Origin: the human T2T-CHM13v2.0 reference genome, Homo sapiens
DNA: 64,000 bases
Reading direction: 5' to 3' (one strand)
Assembly: GCF_009914755.1 (NCBI RefSeq)
Contig: NC_060926.1
The translations under genes and the position numbers were made by a program. Every line of letters starts with the position of its first letter. Within the stretch, counting starts at the first letter, position 1. Under the pieces are notes generated by a model. That model saw only the letters and a program-made list of their open reading frames with translations. It had not been told where the DNA came from and did not search any database. Positions 1 to 18,131 of the stretch are shown piece after piece.

Positions 1-470
1 CGGAGGGACACACCCAGCTCTGTAAGGGGCCGGGGCGCGGGCCCAGTACAGGTCTGCGCGCCCGCAGTCTCCGAACGCTCACAGGACCAGGCCCCGCCCG
101 CCACCCCGCGCCAGCCCCCGCCCGCCACCCCGCGCCAGCCCCCGCCCGCCACCCCGCGCCAGCCCCCGCGTCCGCCCCGCGCCAGCCCCCGCGTCCGCCC
201 CGCGCCAGCCCCCGCGTCCGCCCCGCGCCAGCCCCCGCCTCCCGAGGCCGTCCCGAGCTTGCGCAGACGCGGCCGCCGCCGGGGCCCTTCAGAGCCAGCG
301 CCGGTGGCGGGGTGCTGGCGCGGCGAAGCTGGAGAGGCGGGGCTCGCGGGCGCCTGTAGGACCTCCGCTGGGAGGGGCCGTGCTCGCCGGCCACGCGCCG
401 GTTTTCACTCCGCTCTCCCCCAAGGGCAGGGACCTACAAGCATTTCCCTTCTCGCGCGTGACTTTGGTAG
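1..470 (-). promoter_or_regulatory. CpG island; probable promoter/first exon of a minus-strand gene (likely ZNF514, head-to-head with ZNF2)
   Basis: Very high GC/CpG density; minus-strand donor-like CCT|GTGAGC at about 77-85. The gene identity is inferred from recalled gene order next to ZNF2, not from coding sequence in this window. Confidence 0.6.
92..240. repeat. GC-rich minisatellite: 3 x 24 bp CCCCGCCCGCCACCCCGCGCCAGC + 3 x 23 bp CCCCGCGTCCGCCCCGCGCCAGC
   Basis: Units read directly at 92, 116, 140, 164, 187 and 210. Confidence 0.95.
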
Positions 471-491
471 CTGAGCCTCATATCTCTCTCG

Positions 492-788
492 TTTTTTGGG
501 GGGAGGGGGGAGACAGCCTCACTCTGTCGCCCAGGTGGGAGTGCAGGGGCGCGCTCTCGGCTCACCGCAACCTGTCTTCTGGGTACAAGTAATTCTCGTG
601 TCTCAGCCTCCGTAGGAGCTGGGATTACAGGTTCCCGCCACCACGCCCAGCTAATTTGTTGTATTTTTAGTGGAGACGGGGTTTCACTATGTTAGCCACG
701 CTGGTCTCGAATTCTGACCTCAGATGATCCTCCCGCCTCAGCCTCCCAAAGTGCTGTGATTACAGGTGTGAGCCACCGCCCCCAACCT
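492..788 (-). mobile_element. Alu
   Basis: Antisense Alu dimer sequence. Confidence 0.9.
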
Positions 789-1059
789 GCATATCTCGAT
801 GTAAGGCTATTCAACAGAAGCCGCGTTCCTACCCTGGATCTGCTGAGTGAGGATTTCCAGGAGGCTCTCCTGGCGTGCCTAGGGGATACTGGGGACTCAG
901 TGCTAGATACTGCTTCTACAGGCTGCCCCGTGCCTCTTGCCTTTCTCCATCTGCCCCTGAATTCAGCGAAGGGTGCTGAAGAACAAAAGAGGACTTTGAA
1001 CGCCCTCCTACTCCAGAAACAAATATCATTTAGGACCCAAAAGAAATGGAAAAACGGCC

Positions 1060-1722
<663 letters not shown>

Positions 1723-2534
1723 CAGTCTGAGTATTAAAACGGTGGTTTTCTGGAGGCAGTCCTCAGCCAGAGAAGGGCCACTTGTGAGGACAGAGAGATT
1801 GGTTTATCAACCCTATTTAGGAGTTCAGGACAAAATAACTTACAAAATCAAGGCAAAGACAAAATAACACGAAATCAAGGCAAAGAGACCATTCTCCTTT
1901 CCTGCTTTTGCAGTCTCTGTTTCACTTTTCTGCCAGCACTTCCAGTGGCACAGATGGCCAGGATGGCGCAGCAAGCAAGCCCTTTTCCACGCAGGGGGAC
2001 ATTGTCTGGGAACCATGGCTGATATAGGAGCTTTTCCATCTTCGGTGCTCCGAACCAAAAAGGTGAGGGGATGGACAAATGAGAAAAGATTTTCATCTCA
2101 TTGATGGCTCAACAGAACTAGAAATGGAACTACTTCAGAAGAACTTGAGGGCCACTGCCTTTCCCTGATGCCCATTCTGTAGGCCTGCTGCAGTGTCTGA
2201 AATTCCCCACTCTTACATTGTGTCCTTTGGGACAGATCTTGATCCAGAGGCCCTTGTTTGTTACAATGCACATTCATTACCCCAGGAATATTCTCTCTCC
2301 TGCTCAGTGCTCTAGTGCACCATTTGATCTCAAAGCACTGTTGGTGGGGCTCCAGTCCTCACCAGCCTATACACTCTCCATCACCTTCAATATTCCTTTT
2401 ACTGCTCCTTTGCAGTCAAATGCCTCTTCCACCCCAACCCGTGACCACTGCTCTGTTACCTTCCCTATAGTTTTGCCTTTTCCTGAATGTCACATAAATG
2501 GAATCATACAGTTTGTAAATTTTTAAGACTGGCG

Positions 2535-3116
<582 letters not shown>

Positions 3117-3313
3117 TTAGAGCCCTGAAATGAGGTGCAAGAAGCCTGATTGCCCCGAGGCCACCATGTTGTGAGGAAGTCCAAGCACAAAGAGAGGCTA
3201 CATGCGGGGACACTGGCGAACAGTCCCAGCTGAGCCTAGCCACGGGTGCCAATCTGGGTGCCAGATATAGTCCTCCCAATTGAGGATCCAGAAATTGTGA
3301 AGCAGAAACGAGC

Positions 3314-3717
3314 TGTGTTAGGCCATTTTGCACTGCTATAAAGAAATACCTGAAACTGGGTAATTTATAAAGAAAAGAGGTTTCCTTGGCTCTTGGTTCT
3401 GCTGGCTGTACAGGAAGCATGGCAACGGCATCTGTTTGGCTACTGGGGAGGCCTCAGGGAGCTTTCACTCACTGTGGAAGGTGAAGTGGGAGTTTGCACT
3501 TTGCATGGTGAAAGCAGGAACAAAACAGAGTTGGGGAGGGCAGGAAGGTGTCACACACGTAAACAACCAGATCTCAGGAGTACTCACTATTGCAAGGACG
3601 GCACCAAGCCATGAGGGATCTGCCCCCATCACCCAAATACCTCCCACCAGGCCCCATCTCCAACACTGGGGTTTACATCTCAACATGAGATTTGGAGAGG
3701 ATATCCAAATGATATCC
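3314..3717 (-). mobile_element. MST-type MaLR LTR nested in an older MLT1-type LTR (about 3085-3840)
   Basis: Typical MST motifs GCTATAAAGAAATACCTGAAACTGGGTAATTTATAAAGAAAAGAGG and CCTCCCACCAGGCCCCA; flanks carry MLT1 motifs (CCACTAAGTTTGGAGTGG). Confidence 0.75.
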
Positions 3718-4141
3718 CTGTGTGCCCATCCCTGTTGTGCCCATCCAAGTTCCCGACCCACAGAACATGTTGGCCTAATAAAATTGTTGTTTTCAGCCAC
3801 TAAGTTTGGAGTGGTTAAACAGCATCAGACGGCCATAACATCCTGCAATTTGGCAGAGCCTACAAGCTTCTGGGCCCAAGAGATACCTGTTTTACTCTAA
3901 AAAGATGGATGTATGTCACTTCTTGGCTGCTTAGCTTCCATATGCTCCTCCTAACTCTTTTGAGAATATCAGTTAAAATTCTCTTAATCTTCCCAGTAAC
4001 ATGGCCGATTAGATGGCCTAAACAGCCCTCTTAATAAAAAAACTAAAAATGCTGAAAAATTGCAAACATCTTTATAAACACACTGATGAGCAGGCATGAA
4101 AGTGAGGAATTTGTAAACATTTAAAAAAATAAAGTGAAATG

Positions 4142-4478
<337 letters not shown>

Positions 4479-5149
4479 TTAGACTGCTAAATCCTAGAGC
4501 ACATAAACTTCCACTTTGGCAGCTACCTGGAAGCGGTAAAGACAAAGCCTAGGGCCTGCCAGTGGGTGGGGAATATTCTAGAAGGAAACACTTTCAGGAC
4601 CCCAGTTTCCACCCTCAGTATAAGGCTAAATAATAAAAACCACCACACAGAAGGGAACAAAAAAAAAAAAGTATTTCTCTTATGGATGTTGTGACTTTAA
4701 TCAAGCTCTAATCTCCTAGGAAGGTCCAAACCCCTTAGTACAACACAAAGGCAGCCACAACCTGGCCTTACCTCAAGATAGTTATTGGCCCCTAAACCTC
4801 ATCCACAAGGCATTCATTTTGCTACTAATTATTTTCACTTTTATCCTCTAGACTATGCCTTTGCATGTACTATTCACTGTTTAGATCACACTTTTTTTTT
4901 CTTAAGTATTTAAGTATACCAGTGAAAGGAATCCTTTCCCACCTTTCCCGGCCATAGTTAATAGCTTCCTCCATTGTACTCTCATAGTATGTTGAATGTG
5001 ACATAATTATAGAACATACTGCCTCTATTGTGATTTTACATTCTGATTTTTTCCATTGGACCAAGAGTTCATTTGGGGCAGTAACTTACTCATATTTGTA
5101 ACTGTGCCTTGCTTATGGTGAGCAATTTGGATTTTTTGAATGAAAGTGT

Positions 5150-5490
5150 AGTCTTATGGAGATGGAGAGTAGAAGGATGGTTAACAGACTGGGAAGGGTT
5201 GGCGGGGTGGGGAAGTGGGGATAGTTAATGGGTACAAAAAATAGAATAAGAAATAGTATAACTAGTATTTGATAGCACATCAGAGTAATTACAGCCAATA
5301 ATATTGTATATTTTAAAGTAACTAAAAGAATATAACTGGATCGTTTGTAACACAAAGGACAAATGCTTGAGGTGATGGATATCCCATTTGTCCTGATGAG
5401 ATTATTACTTATTGCATGCCTGTGTCAAAATATCTCAGGTGGCCCATAAATGTTCACACCTACTGTGTACCCACAAAAACTTAAAAAAAA
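5150..5490 (+). mobile_element. L1MA-type 3' end
   Basis: GAGAGTAGAAGGATGGTTA...ACCTACTGTGTACCCACAAAAA plus A tail. Confidence 0.8.
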
Positions 5491-5849
5491 CCCAAACCAC
5501 TAATAAATTAACCTGGAAAAACGTAGCTTTGTTCCTGAAGTAAGATTTTATCATATTCTTTGTAATTTTCAGTCTTCCCTGAGATGTAGCTCAGTGGTTC
5601 CTAGCTTTAGCTGCACATTAGAGTCACCTGCAGCTCTTTTCAAACTGTCGCTCCACAGCTGGGCCTCAGGCATCAATGTCGAAAGCTCTCCGGGTGATTC
5701 CAGCTTGCAGCCAGGGCCGTTCCAGCAACTCCAAGGCTGGCTGGTGTGCGCTGAAGCTGTCGGGAGTCGGACCAGCTGCACAGTTAATACATATGTGTCC
5801 TAGGCTCCTCTCTCCTTCCAACGCAAATATGTGTACAAACCCTGCCTGG

Positions 5850-6560
5850 AACCGCAGCCCTGCTCTCAGAATCAAATTCCTGAAAGTGGGCAAGCGGAAG
5901 CGGAAATAAGCCCTCTCCCAACGCCAGCTGACTCGATTTCGTCTCGGTCTTCCCCAGAGCTGGACACGAGGCACCATGATCAGAGAGACACATTCCCTGC
6001 GGACGGCGCTCCCATCGGATACTGGAGGGACGCGACACTAGAGGCAGGCAGTACTTCAGGGTGACCATAAGTCTCCCAAACAGCCACAACGGCTCGCTCT
6101 CCCAGCTAAGGCGACAGCGCTGCCATTTTGGATCCTGTTCAGCCACGGGAAGCCGGCGTTTGCACACATTTTCGGACGTCATATTAAAGCGCACCGGACG
6201 CCGAGACTTCTGGGAGATGAAGTCCTTGCGAAGGCCCCGCATTGATTGGGAGCGCAGTCGCCAGGACCCTGTGCGCAGGCGCGTTGGTTTCCCGACCTGA
6301 AGAGGCGCCGTCTTCCCGGGTCCCGAGCACTCTGTGCCGGAGGTGAGGGTTGTGGGTGTGTGTCTTCAAGGAGCGGAGTGAGCGCAGCAGCCGAGAGAGG
6401 GGACATGAGAACTTTGGGGAGGTGCTGTGGGAGCAAAACGGGGTGACACGGGCGAGGCCAGCCTGCAGAGCGTGTGTCGCGACGTCTCGGTGCGGACGGA
6501 AAGTTGTGCATCCACCCCCGTGTGTGCGTGTGTCCCGTGGGGTCTGGGCACCCATTGTAT
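5850..6560 (+). promoter_or_regulatory. ZNF2: ZNF2 CpG-island promoter and non-coding exon 1 (donor after 6342)
   Basis: CpG-rich. Tandem ETS CGGAAGCGGAA at about 5896; YY1-like GCCATTTT at about 6122; ZNF143/SBS-like TTCTGGGAGATGAAGTCC at about 6208; inverted CCAAT at 6245; NRF1-like TGCGCAGGCGC at about 6273; donor GAG|GTGAGG. Confidence 0.85.
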
Positions 6561-7702
6561 GTCGGTCCCGGACTTTAAGGTTGGAGGTTTGGAGTCTTCC
6601 TCCGCCTCTCCCGTTTCTTCTTCCCATAATGGGTGCTTAATGAACGTGGGTGGAATTGACACCAAATCTAGGATGCTGCCGCTCCGTCTTTGCCAGACAG
6701 CGCCTCAGATTGCCTCATTTAGCTCCCTGCCCTGGGCCTCCGCACGAGTGCTGGAGGGCTTCATGGAGGAGGTGGGATTTGACGTGAAAGAAAAACAACA
6801 ACAACAAAACAAAAACCACGAAAGAAGCAGCTAAGCGTTAGGCAGATTTGAGCTGGAGATAGTTTTTACAGAAATGCAGGAACAGTGGTAGACAAGGTTG
6901 AAGAAAAGGTACGCTGGGAGCCAGGGCCCGGGACTCAGAGAATCAGGACAAGACTCAGTAGGCAAGGTGGCTTATATAGGTGTGATCCAGGGACTGACAC
7001 GAATGAAACTATTTGGAGACAGTTATTCTAGAGGTCACATTCAGGACTAGAGAGGGGAAAGGACCAGTAGCAGAGAGCTACTTAGGAATGTATGGTAGTT
7101 TTGGAGTAAGATGTTGTGGACTTGAATTATGGTGGTGGTAGTGAAAGGGAAGGATACAGATGACACTGCAAAAGAAGAGTCAAAAGGGCCTGGTGACTAG
7201 ATTTGGGAGGAAAGAGAGTGAGGTAAGAGTTTGAATTTGGGACACCTGGGAGAACAATAAAACATCTGATACAAATGTAAAGCCAGGAAGAGGCGTTGAT
7301 GTGTGGAATTGCCTAAAGGAAGATAGTTTTGAGGTGATGGTGGAACGCCTGATTTAAGGTTTGCAGTCATTTGGAAATGCAGGATGAGTCTGGAAGAATG
7401 CAATACAGTTGTATTGTAAAATTACAATACAATTACAGGACATGGACATCTGTAGAGTTTGAAAATGGAGCCCTGAATGTGGATGGACTTTCTGAGGGAT
7501 GGCAAAAACGAAGAAAGTACAAAGACTGAGCTATGGGCAGCATCCATGTTTCCAGGGCAAAAGTGGGGAAAAAGAGTCACAGAAAGACAGCAATTTTAGT
7601 GGTTGGAAGAAAAGCTAGTGCAGTATCATAGCAGTTACAGTAACCACTTGAATAAGCAGAAGCTTGTCCGAACAGTGAAAAGCTACAGAGAAATAGATAA
7701 TA

Positions 7703-9055
<1,353 letters not shown>

Positions 9056-9875
9056 CTAGCACATAACAGCTACTTGGTACATATTCATCAAATAGTGGGA
9101 TGAGTGGATGGATTGCATTGGGCAGTAGAAAGGAAGAGAACTTTATTTGTTGAATGAACTGTATGATAAATGCTTTATATTAATGGTCTCACCATTTATA
9201 ACTATGCTGTGAGTTAGGTGGTAAACAACTGTTGGCTTAAGTAACTCATCCAAGGCTTCATGGTTAATAATTCCATGCTTGTGGAATGCTTTCTACCATA
9301 TAACCCTGCTTCCCTTGAAACTCATTCCTGGGAATCTTTGGTGTGGTAGAAGACAAAAGTTATGCGGAAATTGAATGGTACCCATGGAGGTTTGGAATAG
9401 CCATGTAGCTAAGATGGGAGCAGTAAAAGCTTTCTGGACGATGTCAAGGGCTCGTTTGAAGATATAGACTGAATTTAGGGGACATTTTCTCCAGTGATAC
9501 TCTGAGATGCAGGGATAGGAAAAGAGAACACAGAAGTGGAGGTGGTTCTTGGCTAGCAGTAACTCCCTGTGAGTTTGGTGGATTTGAGAAGTCTTCAGTG
9601 TCAGTGAGCTTACTGAAGTGACTGCTGGTGGAGTCTAAACCTAATGGGGAGAGAAGTCTACGGATGAGGAGCACTTTGGGAGTATCCACTGGTTGTTTAA
9701 TAACTGGGGAGCTTATATGTTCACCACCATTTGTAATTCGTTCAGTGCTCAGTTTAATTAAAGTTGTAATCTAATAAACAAAACTTTGAAAATTGTCTTT
9801 AAACATTTAACACTGAGCAGTTTCGACTGCAGTTTTGGATATGGTTTGATTTGTTCAAAAAGCTCCAGTGCTTTA

Positions 9876-10260
<385 letters not shown>

Positions 10261-11657
10261 TCAGTGTAATTAATATTTTCAGTGTGTCTACCTTCCTAGA
10301 ATTATAACATTACTTATTACATTACATTAGCTTATACTAACTTTACTTAGCACATTATTCTAAATGTGTTACATGTGTTACCCTATTTAAGCATCAAGAT
10401 AACTGCAAGAGATATTACTTCCGTTATTCCAGTTTTGCAAACAGGCAGACTGAGACAGGTTAAGAAACTTTCCTGAGGTAGCACCGGTAGGAAGAGGCAG
10501 AGGTGGATTTTGATTTCAGGCAGTCTGTCTCCAGAGCCTGTACTCCCAATGACTACACTTTCCTGTATCTCTAAATGCTAATTTTGACTTATTTCTAGGG
10601 CCTAAGGGTAATATTTGGATACCCTCTTGTGATGGACGAATCTTAACAGACCAAAAAGGAAAAGAATACTTTTAGACAATACACGTTGCATGCTCTGGTT
10701 ATCAATTGACATGTCTTTGTTTCTGTTTGTGTTTATATCTGCCTCCTCCCAGCAAGATTCAAACCCTAATCTCTCCCCGTTAGGTTGGGGGTGTTTTTTG
10801 TTTATTAGTTTTTGCTTATACTTAGCTAAACTTGTTTTTCCAATAAGTTTTTGCTTTTCACGTAGTTTTTGCAAACTGGTATTCACCCTCAAGGTAATAT
10901 TCTTTTAAAATTTTGCTTGGCCAGTGTGAACCCATTGTTAAATAACCCTGAGCTGTCTGGCAACTTTTAACTCTAAGCTATAATGATTTATTTTCATGAA
11001 AAGATAGCATAGGTAACAGACCAATAGACTAGAACAGAAAATCCCCGAATATCCAAGAATATGATAGACCTGTTATAGAATAGAGTTAAATGCTACCAAA
11101 CAGACCAGTAAATATCTATTGATCTGGTCTTTTGACATTTTTGAAAACTTAGTTGTTCCTTATTTTTGTGTTTGATTCATAAGTCTAGCTGTAGGGAGAC
11201 ATATCCTAAGGGAGAAAGGATGAAGTCTGCACAGTTACTATGCTTCTTTGGAAGCAGAGGTTGGTTCATTGTTAGTAGAGCCCATTTCTCTTTCTACTTG
11301 ATACTTACGTGTGGCCCCAGTACTGATTAGTCCTCCCTGTTTGGGGTATGTAGTTCTGTATCTAGAATTACCTGGTTTATTCCCATTCCAAATTTCTTTT
11401 TACATACTTATATGAGTAGATACAAGTATCTATCCTGAGGGTACATCTATAGTCATACAATTAATAGAAAAAAGTACCTTTTTATGTAAGTAAAGTTTTA
11501 AACATTGCCTTCCTTGTATTACAACTTTTATGGCATATTTTATATTAACTTTTCTATTTTGAATATGAAACTCATAGTCCTTCAAAGTTCAAATTATTTT
11601 ATTTAGCGCTAGTGATTTTTATTATTTATCTGGCCAGTGGGAGCCAGAGTCATCTGA

Positions 11658-12162
<505 letters not shown>

Positions 12163-12336
12163 TGTCTGTTCTTAATAGCTTGACAGCAGTTTCCAACATT
12201 TCTGCTTTCACAGCTTTCATTCAGTTTGTCATCTTTCTTATTTAATTATAACACTCTCCTCAATGGTCTACTCACCTCCATTCTTTCCTTCCTGTAATCC
12301 CATCACACCACAGCCACTCAGTGTGGCGTGGCCACC

Positions 12337-12890
12337 TGTGTTGGGGTCCCCAGGATCACCCCAGGTTCAGGGATTCACTAGAAGGACTCAAGACTCGACC
12401 CATAGTTGTACTTCTGGCTAAGAGTATGATGATGACCCTGCAAGGATAGGCAGCCAGATCATAAGGGGAAAAGACAAGCCGGGTAGAGGAATCCGTATAT
12501 AGGCTTGCTTCTATTCTCTTTCTCCCATGTGGGTGTCACATGGAGCACACTCCTTCCCCCAGCAACGAAAATGCAGCAACAAGTGTGATGTCTCTGCTCA
12601 AGGAAGCTCATTGGAGACTCAGAGCCCATGTTTTTTATTGAGGGCTAAGTCACATAGGCACCGTCTGCCTAACACATACCAAAATTCCAGACCCTCCAAT
12701 AGGAGAGCACATGTTCACCATAAACGACATTGTTTGCACAAATAGTTTAGGCATAGTAGACCACCGTTATCTCTTAGGGAACTGGGGAACCCTCTCAAAA
12801 TCGAAGTTTCCAGCTGCCAGCGAAGGGCCAGCATGCAAGCAGAACTTCCTAGGAATAGCAGTCTCAGGTCTGCTGTGACTTTTCTGCACA
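12337..12890. mobile_element. MER21-like LTR element
   Basis: TGTTGGGGTCCCCAGGATCACCCCAGGTTCAGGGATTCACTAGAAGGACTCA resembles the recalled MER21 consensus. Confidence 0.6.
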
Positions 12891-13120
12891 CCACCCTTCT
12901 TTCCTTCCTGTTATTTTTTTCTGTACACCAAAATAAGGACTTACTCTTGTTGAAAAAAATATATGAAGAATGGTAAGAAAATAAAAATAACTTATAACTC
13001 ACCACTCAAATTTCATTTACATTTTATTATGTGTTTTTCCTTTTTCTATACATAATGTGCATGTACAAATATGTAATTTTAAAAGTGTGCATTCTTCAAG
13101 TGTTTTGAATTTCTTTGTGG

Positions 13121-13418
<298 letters not shown>

Positions 13419-14179
13419 GTTCTTTGTGGTTTTTTTTCAGTTGTTGATTTTTTTTTTTTTTGTAAGAAACAAAGCATTACAGATAAAGCTGAAGTATCCT
13501 GGGTATCCTTCCCCAGTCTTATTTCCCTTTCTTCTCAGATATGTACACATTTGCTGCTTATTGTCCCATGTGTTAATAGATTTTTGTAGGTATTATTTAC
13601 CTGTTTTTAAATTTTATGTAAATATTATACAGTAAGTCATTCTATAACTTATTTTTTGCCCAGTAATTATGTTTTTGTAATTTATCTCTGTTAACATGAG
13701 ATAATGTATAATATTCATATATAATGTATAATACACATATTCATATATAATATTCATATATGAGATAATGTATATATATTCACAAATCCTTTATCTGATT
13801 AATGGACATTGAAGTTGTTTGCAGTTTATCACTAGTGATCTTCTCCCCAGTGACTTGTAATGCCACCTCAGTCATACATCAGGCTTCCCTAATGTTTGGA
13901 TATGTTTTGGGATTTTCTGTTCTAGTCTATTGGTCTGTAATTGATGTGGCTATCTTTTCATGAAAATAAATCATGGTAGCATGAAAGTTAAAACCTCCCA
14001 GGCAGACATGGTTTCAAGTTCTACCTCAGATTCTTACAAAGCCTTAATTTCCTAATCTGTAAAATAGTGCCTACCTTATTGATTTATGAGGATGGAGTTA
14101 AATTAGCCTTATAAAAAGCACTTAGCACAGTACCTGGCAAATAGAAAATACTCAATAATGCTAGTTGTTATTAAGATGA

Positions 14180-14490
<311 letters not shown>

Positions 14491-15507
14491 AAGATGATGT
14501 TTAATAGTGTTCCATTATATGTATGGACTGGGCCATAAATTATTTAACCAAGTCTCCAGATGTTTAAGGTATTTCAAATTTTTGCTGCCTTATTGAAAAG
14601 ATTAAATGAGATAATACATATAAAGTGCTTAGGAAGTGCCCTGGAACATAGCTGTCAATAAGGGTTAGTGTTAATGATGAGTCATAAAAAGCTGTGTATA
14701 TATCATATATCATTACTTATTTCCTAGTATAAATTCCTAGGAGAGAATTGCTGGGTCAAACAGTATGTTTCAAGGCCCTTGCTATAAGTCACAGTGATTT
14801 TTTAAAGCACGGATGTGATGACATGTCCACACCCAAATCCTTCAGTAATCTCCATGCCTGTGGAGAAAGGGCCATGCAAAGCTCTCCTCGATGAAACTGG
14901 CCTCTGCCTACCTCTTTTCCCTCATCTTCCCCACAGCACTGCTCACAGCCTAGACTTCTACCATTCTAAGCTAATTTTTGTTGTTAATCCTTTCCATGTA
15001 AAGACCTGCCTCCTTCTTTTTGAAAAACTTGAGGTTTTTTTCTCAAGATTTAGAATGTTCTAGCTCCTCCCACAAATGAAAACTTAGCTTAGATCCCACT
15101 CCTGTCAAGAAAGCTGCAGAGTTCCTCCTTCCATCCCTCCCTGCTGGGTTAGGTGAGCCTCTGAGGTGCTCTCATGGATTGCTGTGCATATCGCTTTGCT
15201 GCTCTTAATGCATCCTGGAGTGAAATATTATCTCATTTACTTGTTTGTTCTCTGTGCTAAGCTATAGCTTCTGGAGGACAAAGACAGTGTCTGACAGTTT
15301 TTCTGTGCTTGATGTAAGTAGTTGGTGCTGAATAAATGCTGGTTGAATAGAAGGATGAATGAATGAGTCACAAGAAGCAGTGACCATATCCCCTTGACTG
15401 TTGGAGAATGGTCAGTGCACCGCAAATATGCCTTTTCCTCCTCCTCACCAGGACCACACCATCTCCCAGCCACCATAAATCCCAGAAATGTGGGATTTAA
15501 TGCTCTT

Positions 15508-15655
15508 GTTTTATTTTTATATTTTTTTATTTTTATAGAGACAGAGGTCTTGCTATGTTGCCCAGGCTGGTCTTGAGAACTCCTGGCCTCAAGTGATCCT
15601 TCCACCTCGGCTTCCCAAAGTGCTGGGATTACAGACATGTGCCACCGTGCCTGGT
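15508..15655 (-). mobile_element. FLAM/Alu monomer
   Basis: Left-arm-only Alu sequence. Confidence 0.8.
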
Positions 15656-16708
15656 CTGTTGTTTTAATTAGACTCTTGATTGTGAAAAACTGAGACTTAG
15701 CTAATCCCAGTAAAGGGAATTAGTGATAAGATCTTGCACAGAGCCCAAGAGAGTTAGAGTATTATGGCAATCTATGAATAAATAAGGATGGTTTGCATGG
15801 AAATTGGAGCCCATGGGTGGTGCTAGGCGAGGTGAGGGCTTCCCCAGGAATTCTTAGGTCTTTGCGTCAGTGTTTCACCGCTGATGGGACTGCGCTGGGC
15901 TTCCCCCTGCCTGCCTCTGGTCCCGTGGTCTATTATGACCTTTTCTCTACCTTGTACCTCCCATGTGCCCATGGGTTCTGCTGCTGGTAACTTTGGTTCC
16001 CCGATCCTTGTGGCTGCTTCAGGACGTCCTTTCATGATATCCTTTCAGCTCGTCACCCACTTGTCCTGACATTTCTTAGTTCACATTCCCAAGGAAGGAT
16101 GTCATCTTTTCAAGCCAGATCACATCTCAATCTACTAGTCATGTGTGCATTACCCACCTGTGGCCTAATCAGTGTGGCTCCGGGAATAAGACACAGGGTC
16201 ACATGGTACAAAACCTGGCTGCCCAAGGGATGCTCCTTTAGCAAGGGCTATGAGTGGGGTATTTTTCCTTTGAAGAGACTGGATTGTCTTTGATATGTCT
16301 TGTCCATGTAGTCATTTATAAAATTGCTAATGGCTTTTGCCCAGTAATCATTCAGGGCAATATTGAATGTGAATTTTTACGTACTGTGTGAATCTTACAC
16401 AGTTCTTGACTCTCAGGAACAGAACTCTGCCTCTAGCATCGTGGTAAAAACCACCACCACATTGTGGTCTAATTCGCAGTTCCATGGTTGTTGGCTCTAA
16501 TTCTGGGGTGGTCTGGGATTGTTCCTGGCTTTGCTTTACTTAGACCCCCTTTTGTAAGGTATTGAGGATGACATATCCCCCTGGTATGTGCTTCATGGGT
16601 CAAAAGACTATGCGACAGGACTGGTCTTTCTCCTACCTTCTTTCTCACCCCCCACTTCTGCCTCATTAGGACTCTGCCCTTGTCCACAAGGAGAGCACAC
16701 AGGAGAGA

Positions 16709-16741
16709 ATGGCTGCTGTGTCTCCGACCACCAGATGCCAG
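16709..16741 (+). CDS. ZNF2: ZNF2 first coding exon (exon 16670-16741), MAAVSPTTRCQ
   Basis: Acceptor cattag| at 16669, ATG at 16709 (agaATGG), donor CAG|GTGAGG; phase 0 joins the KRAB-A exon. Confidence 0.92.
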
Positions 16742-17951
16742 GTGAGGTGGACTTTTGTGTTCCCGAAATACTCCATTCATCTCCAGAATGTAACCACTTT
16801 TCTTTCTCTATCCTGGAGCCTCTTTGAGCAGACCCAGCCAGGCAGATGAAGGACTCCACAGGGAGTATTTCTTTCCTATTTGACTTGAGGTATCCTTTAG
16901 TGACCTTTTCTTGCTGTGAGCATGTGCCCATTAGCTTGTCACCAGGCTTAACAACTCCTGGAGCCTTCACTGTGAGTGATTTTGCCTAGAAGCCAATGGT
17001 AGGGTCTGATTGGAAGGTTTGGGGAATAGTGGGCTGGTTCTGGTCCTGACAGTCCCTTTGGTACATTCATGTGTGGACTGAGAGGAGGCTCCAGTGTTCC
17101 AGGGAGTGTGGGGCTAGGCTGGGGCGTGTGATACACACTGTAGAGCACCTCTGTGGGGTGCTAAGAGCCCTGAAGAGAGTCTCCTGTGCTAGAGACTGTG
17201 TGGCTTGCTCCATTCCTGCCCGAGGGCAGAGTCTTAAATTCTGCATCCTGGCCTAGAACTTTTGCAGACACACTGGAGACTCATCTGAGGTTTTAGAACT
17301 GAAGGTAAAGAGATGCAATCTTACAGAATCACAGAGCATTAGAATGAAATGAGAGGGATCCTACAGATGATCTAATCAACACCATTATTCTAAGGATTTG
17401 TAAAAAAAAAAGACAATTGGTGAAATTTGAGTAAGATTGTAGATTAGATAATAGTATAAGATCAATGCTATTTTCTCCATTTTTTATAGTTATACTGTGA
17501 TTATAACAACAGTACATCCTTGTTTTTACAAAATACACACTGAAATATTTAGGATTAAAGACACATGATGTTGACAAGTTAGTCAAGAGGCCTAACAAAA
17601 AGATAGGAGAATGTGTATCTAGAGAGAGACAGAAAAATAAAGTAAATGTGGAAAATGTTGACAGTTGAGGAAGCCAGGTGAAGGGTACACAGGAATTTTT
17701 TTGTGCTGTTTTTAGAAGTCTGAAAAAAGAGTCTGATATTCAGAAGCTCAGCTGTAAGTATAGTGGTGTGAGATTCTGACCAAGAACTTCATGTCTTGGG
17801 TGATGAGGCCACTTTTCCCAAATGCTTTAAAGTTCTACTCAGTCAGAACTGTTTTTCTTTCCTCCCACCATGCGTCCTCCAGGGCTGTCATCTTTGACAT
17901 TTTTGGTCTGGTCCAAGTAAAGAGAAGGATTAAGAGTAAGGGAGAATGTGA

Positions 17952-18131
<180 letters not shown>

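Noticed and set aside
92-240. Repeat array considered as CRISPR-like
   Set aside because: The units are contiguous with no unique spacers, the context is eukaryotic, and there are no cas genes.
5569-6834. Dense overlapping ORFs at the ZNF2 promoter (and at 47400-48470)
   Set aside because: GC-rich CpG islands are depleted of stop codons, and no recognisable domains are present.
7409-7432. 11-bp-stem hairpin TTGTATTGTAA-AA-TTACAATACAA
   Set aside because: A short AT-rich palindrome in degraded intronic repeat sequence with no supporting features.
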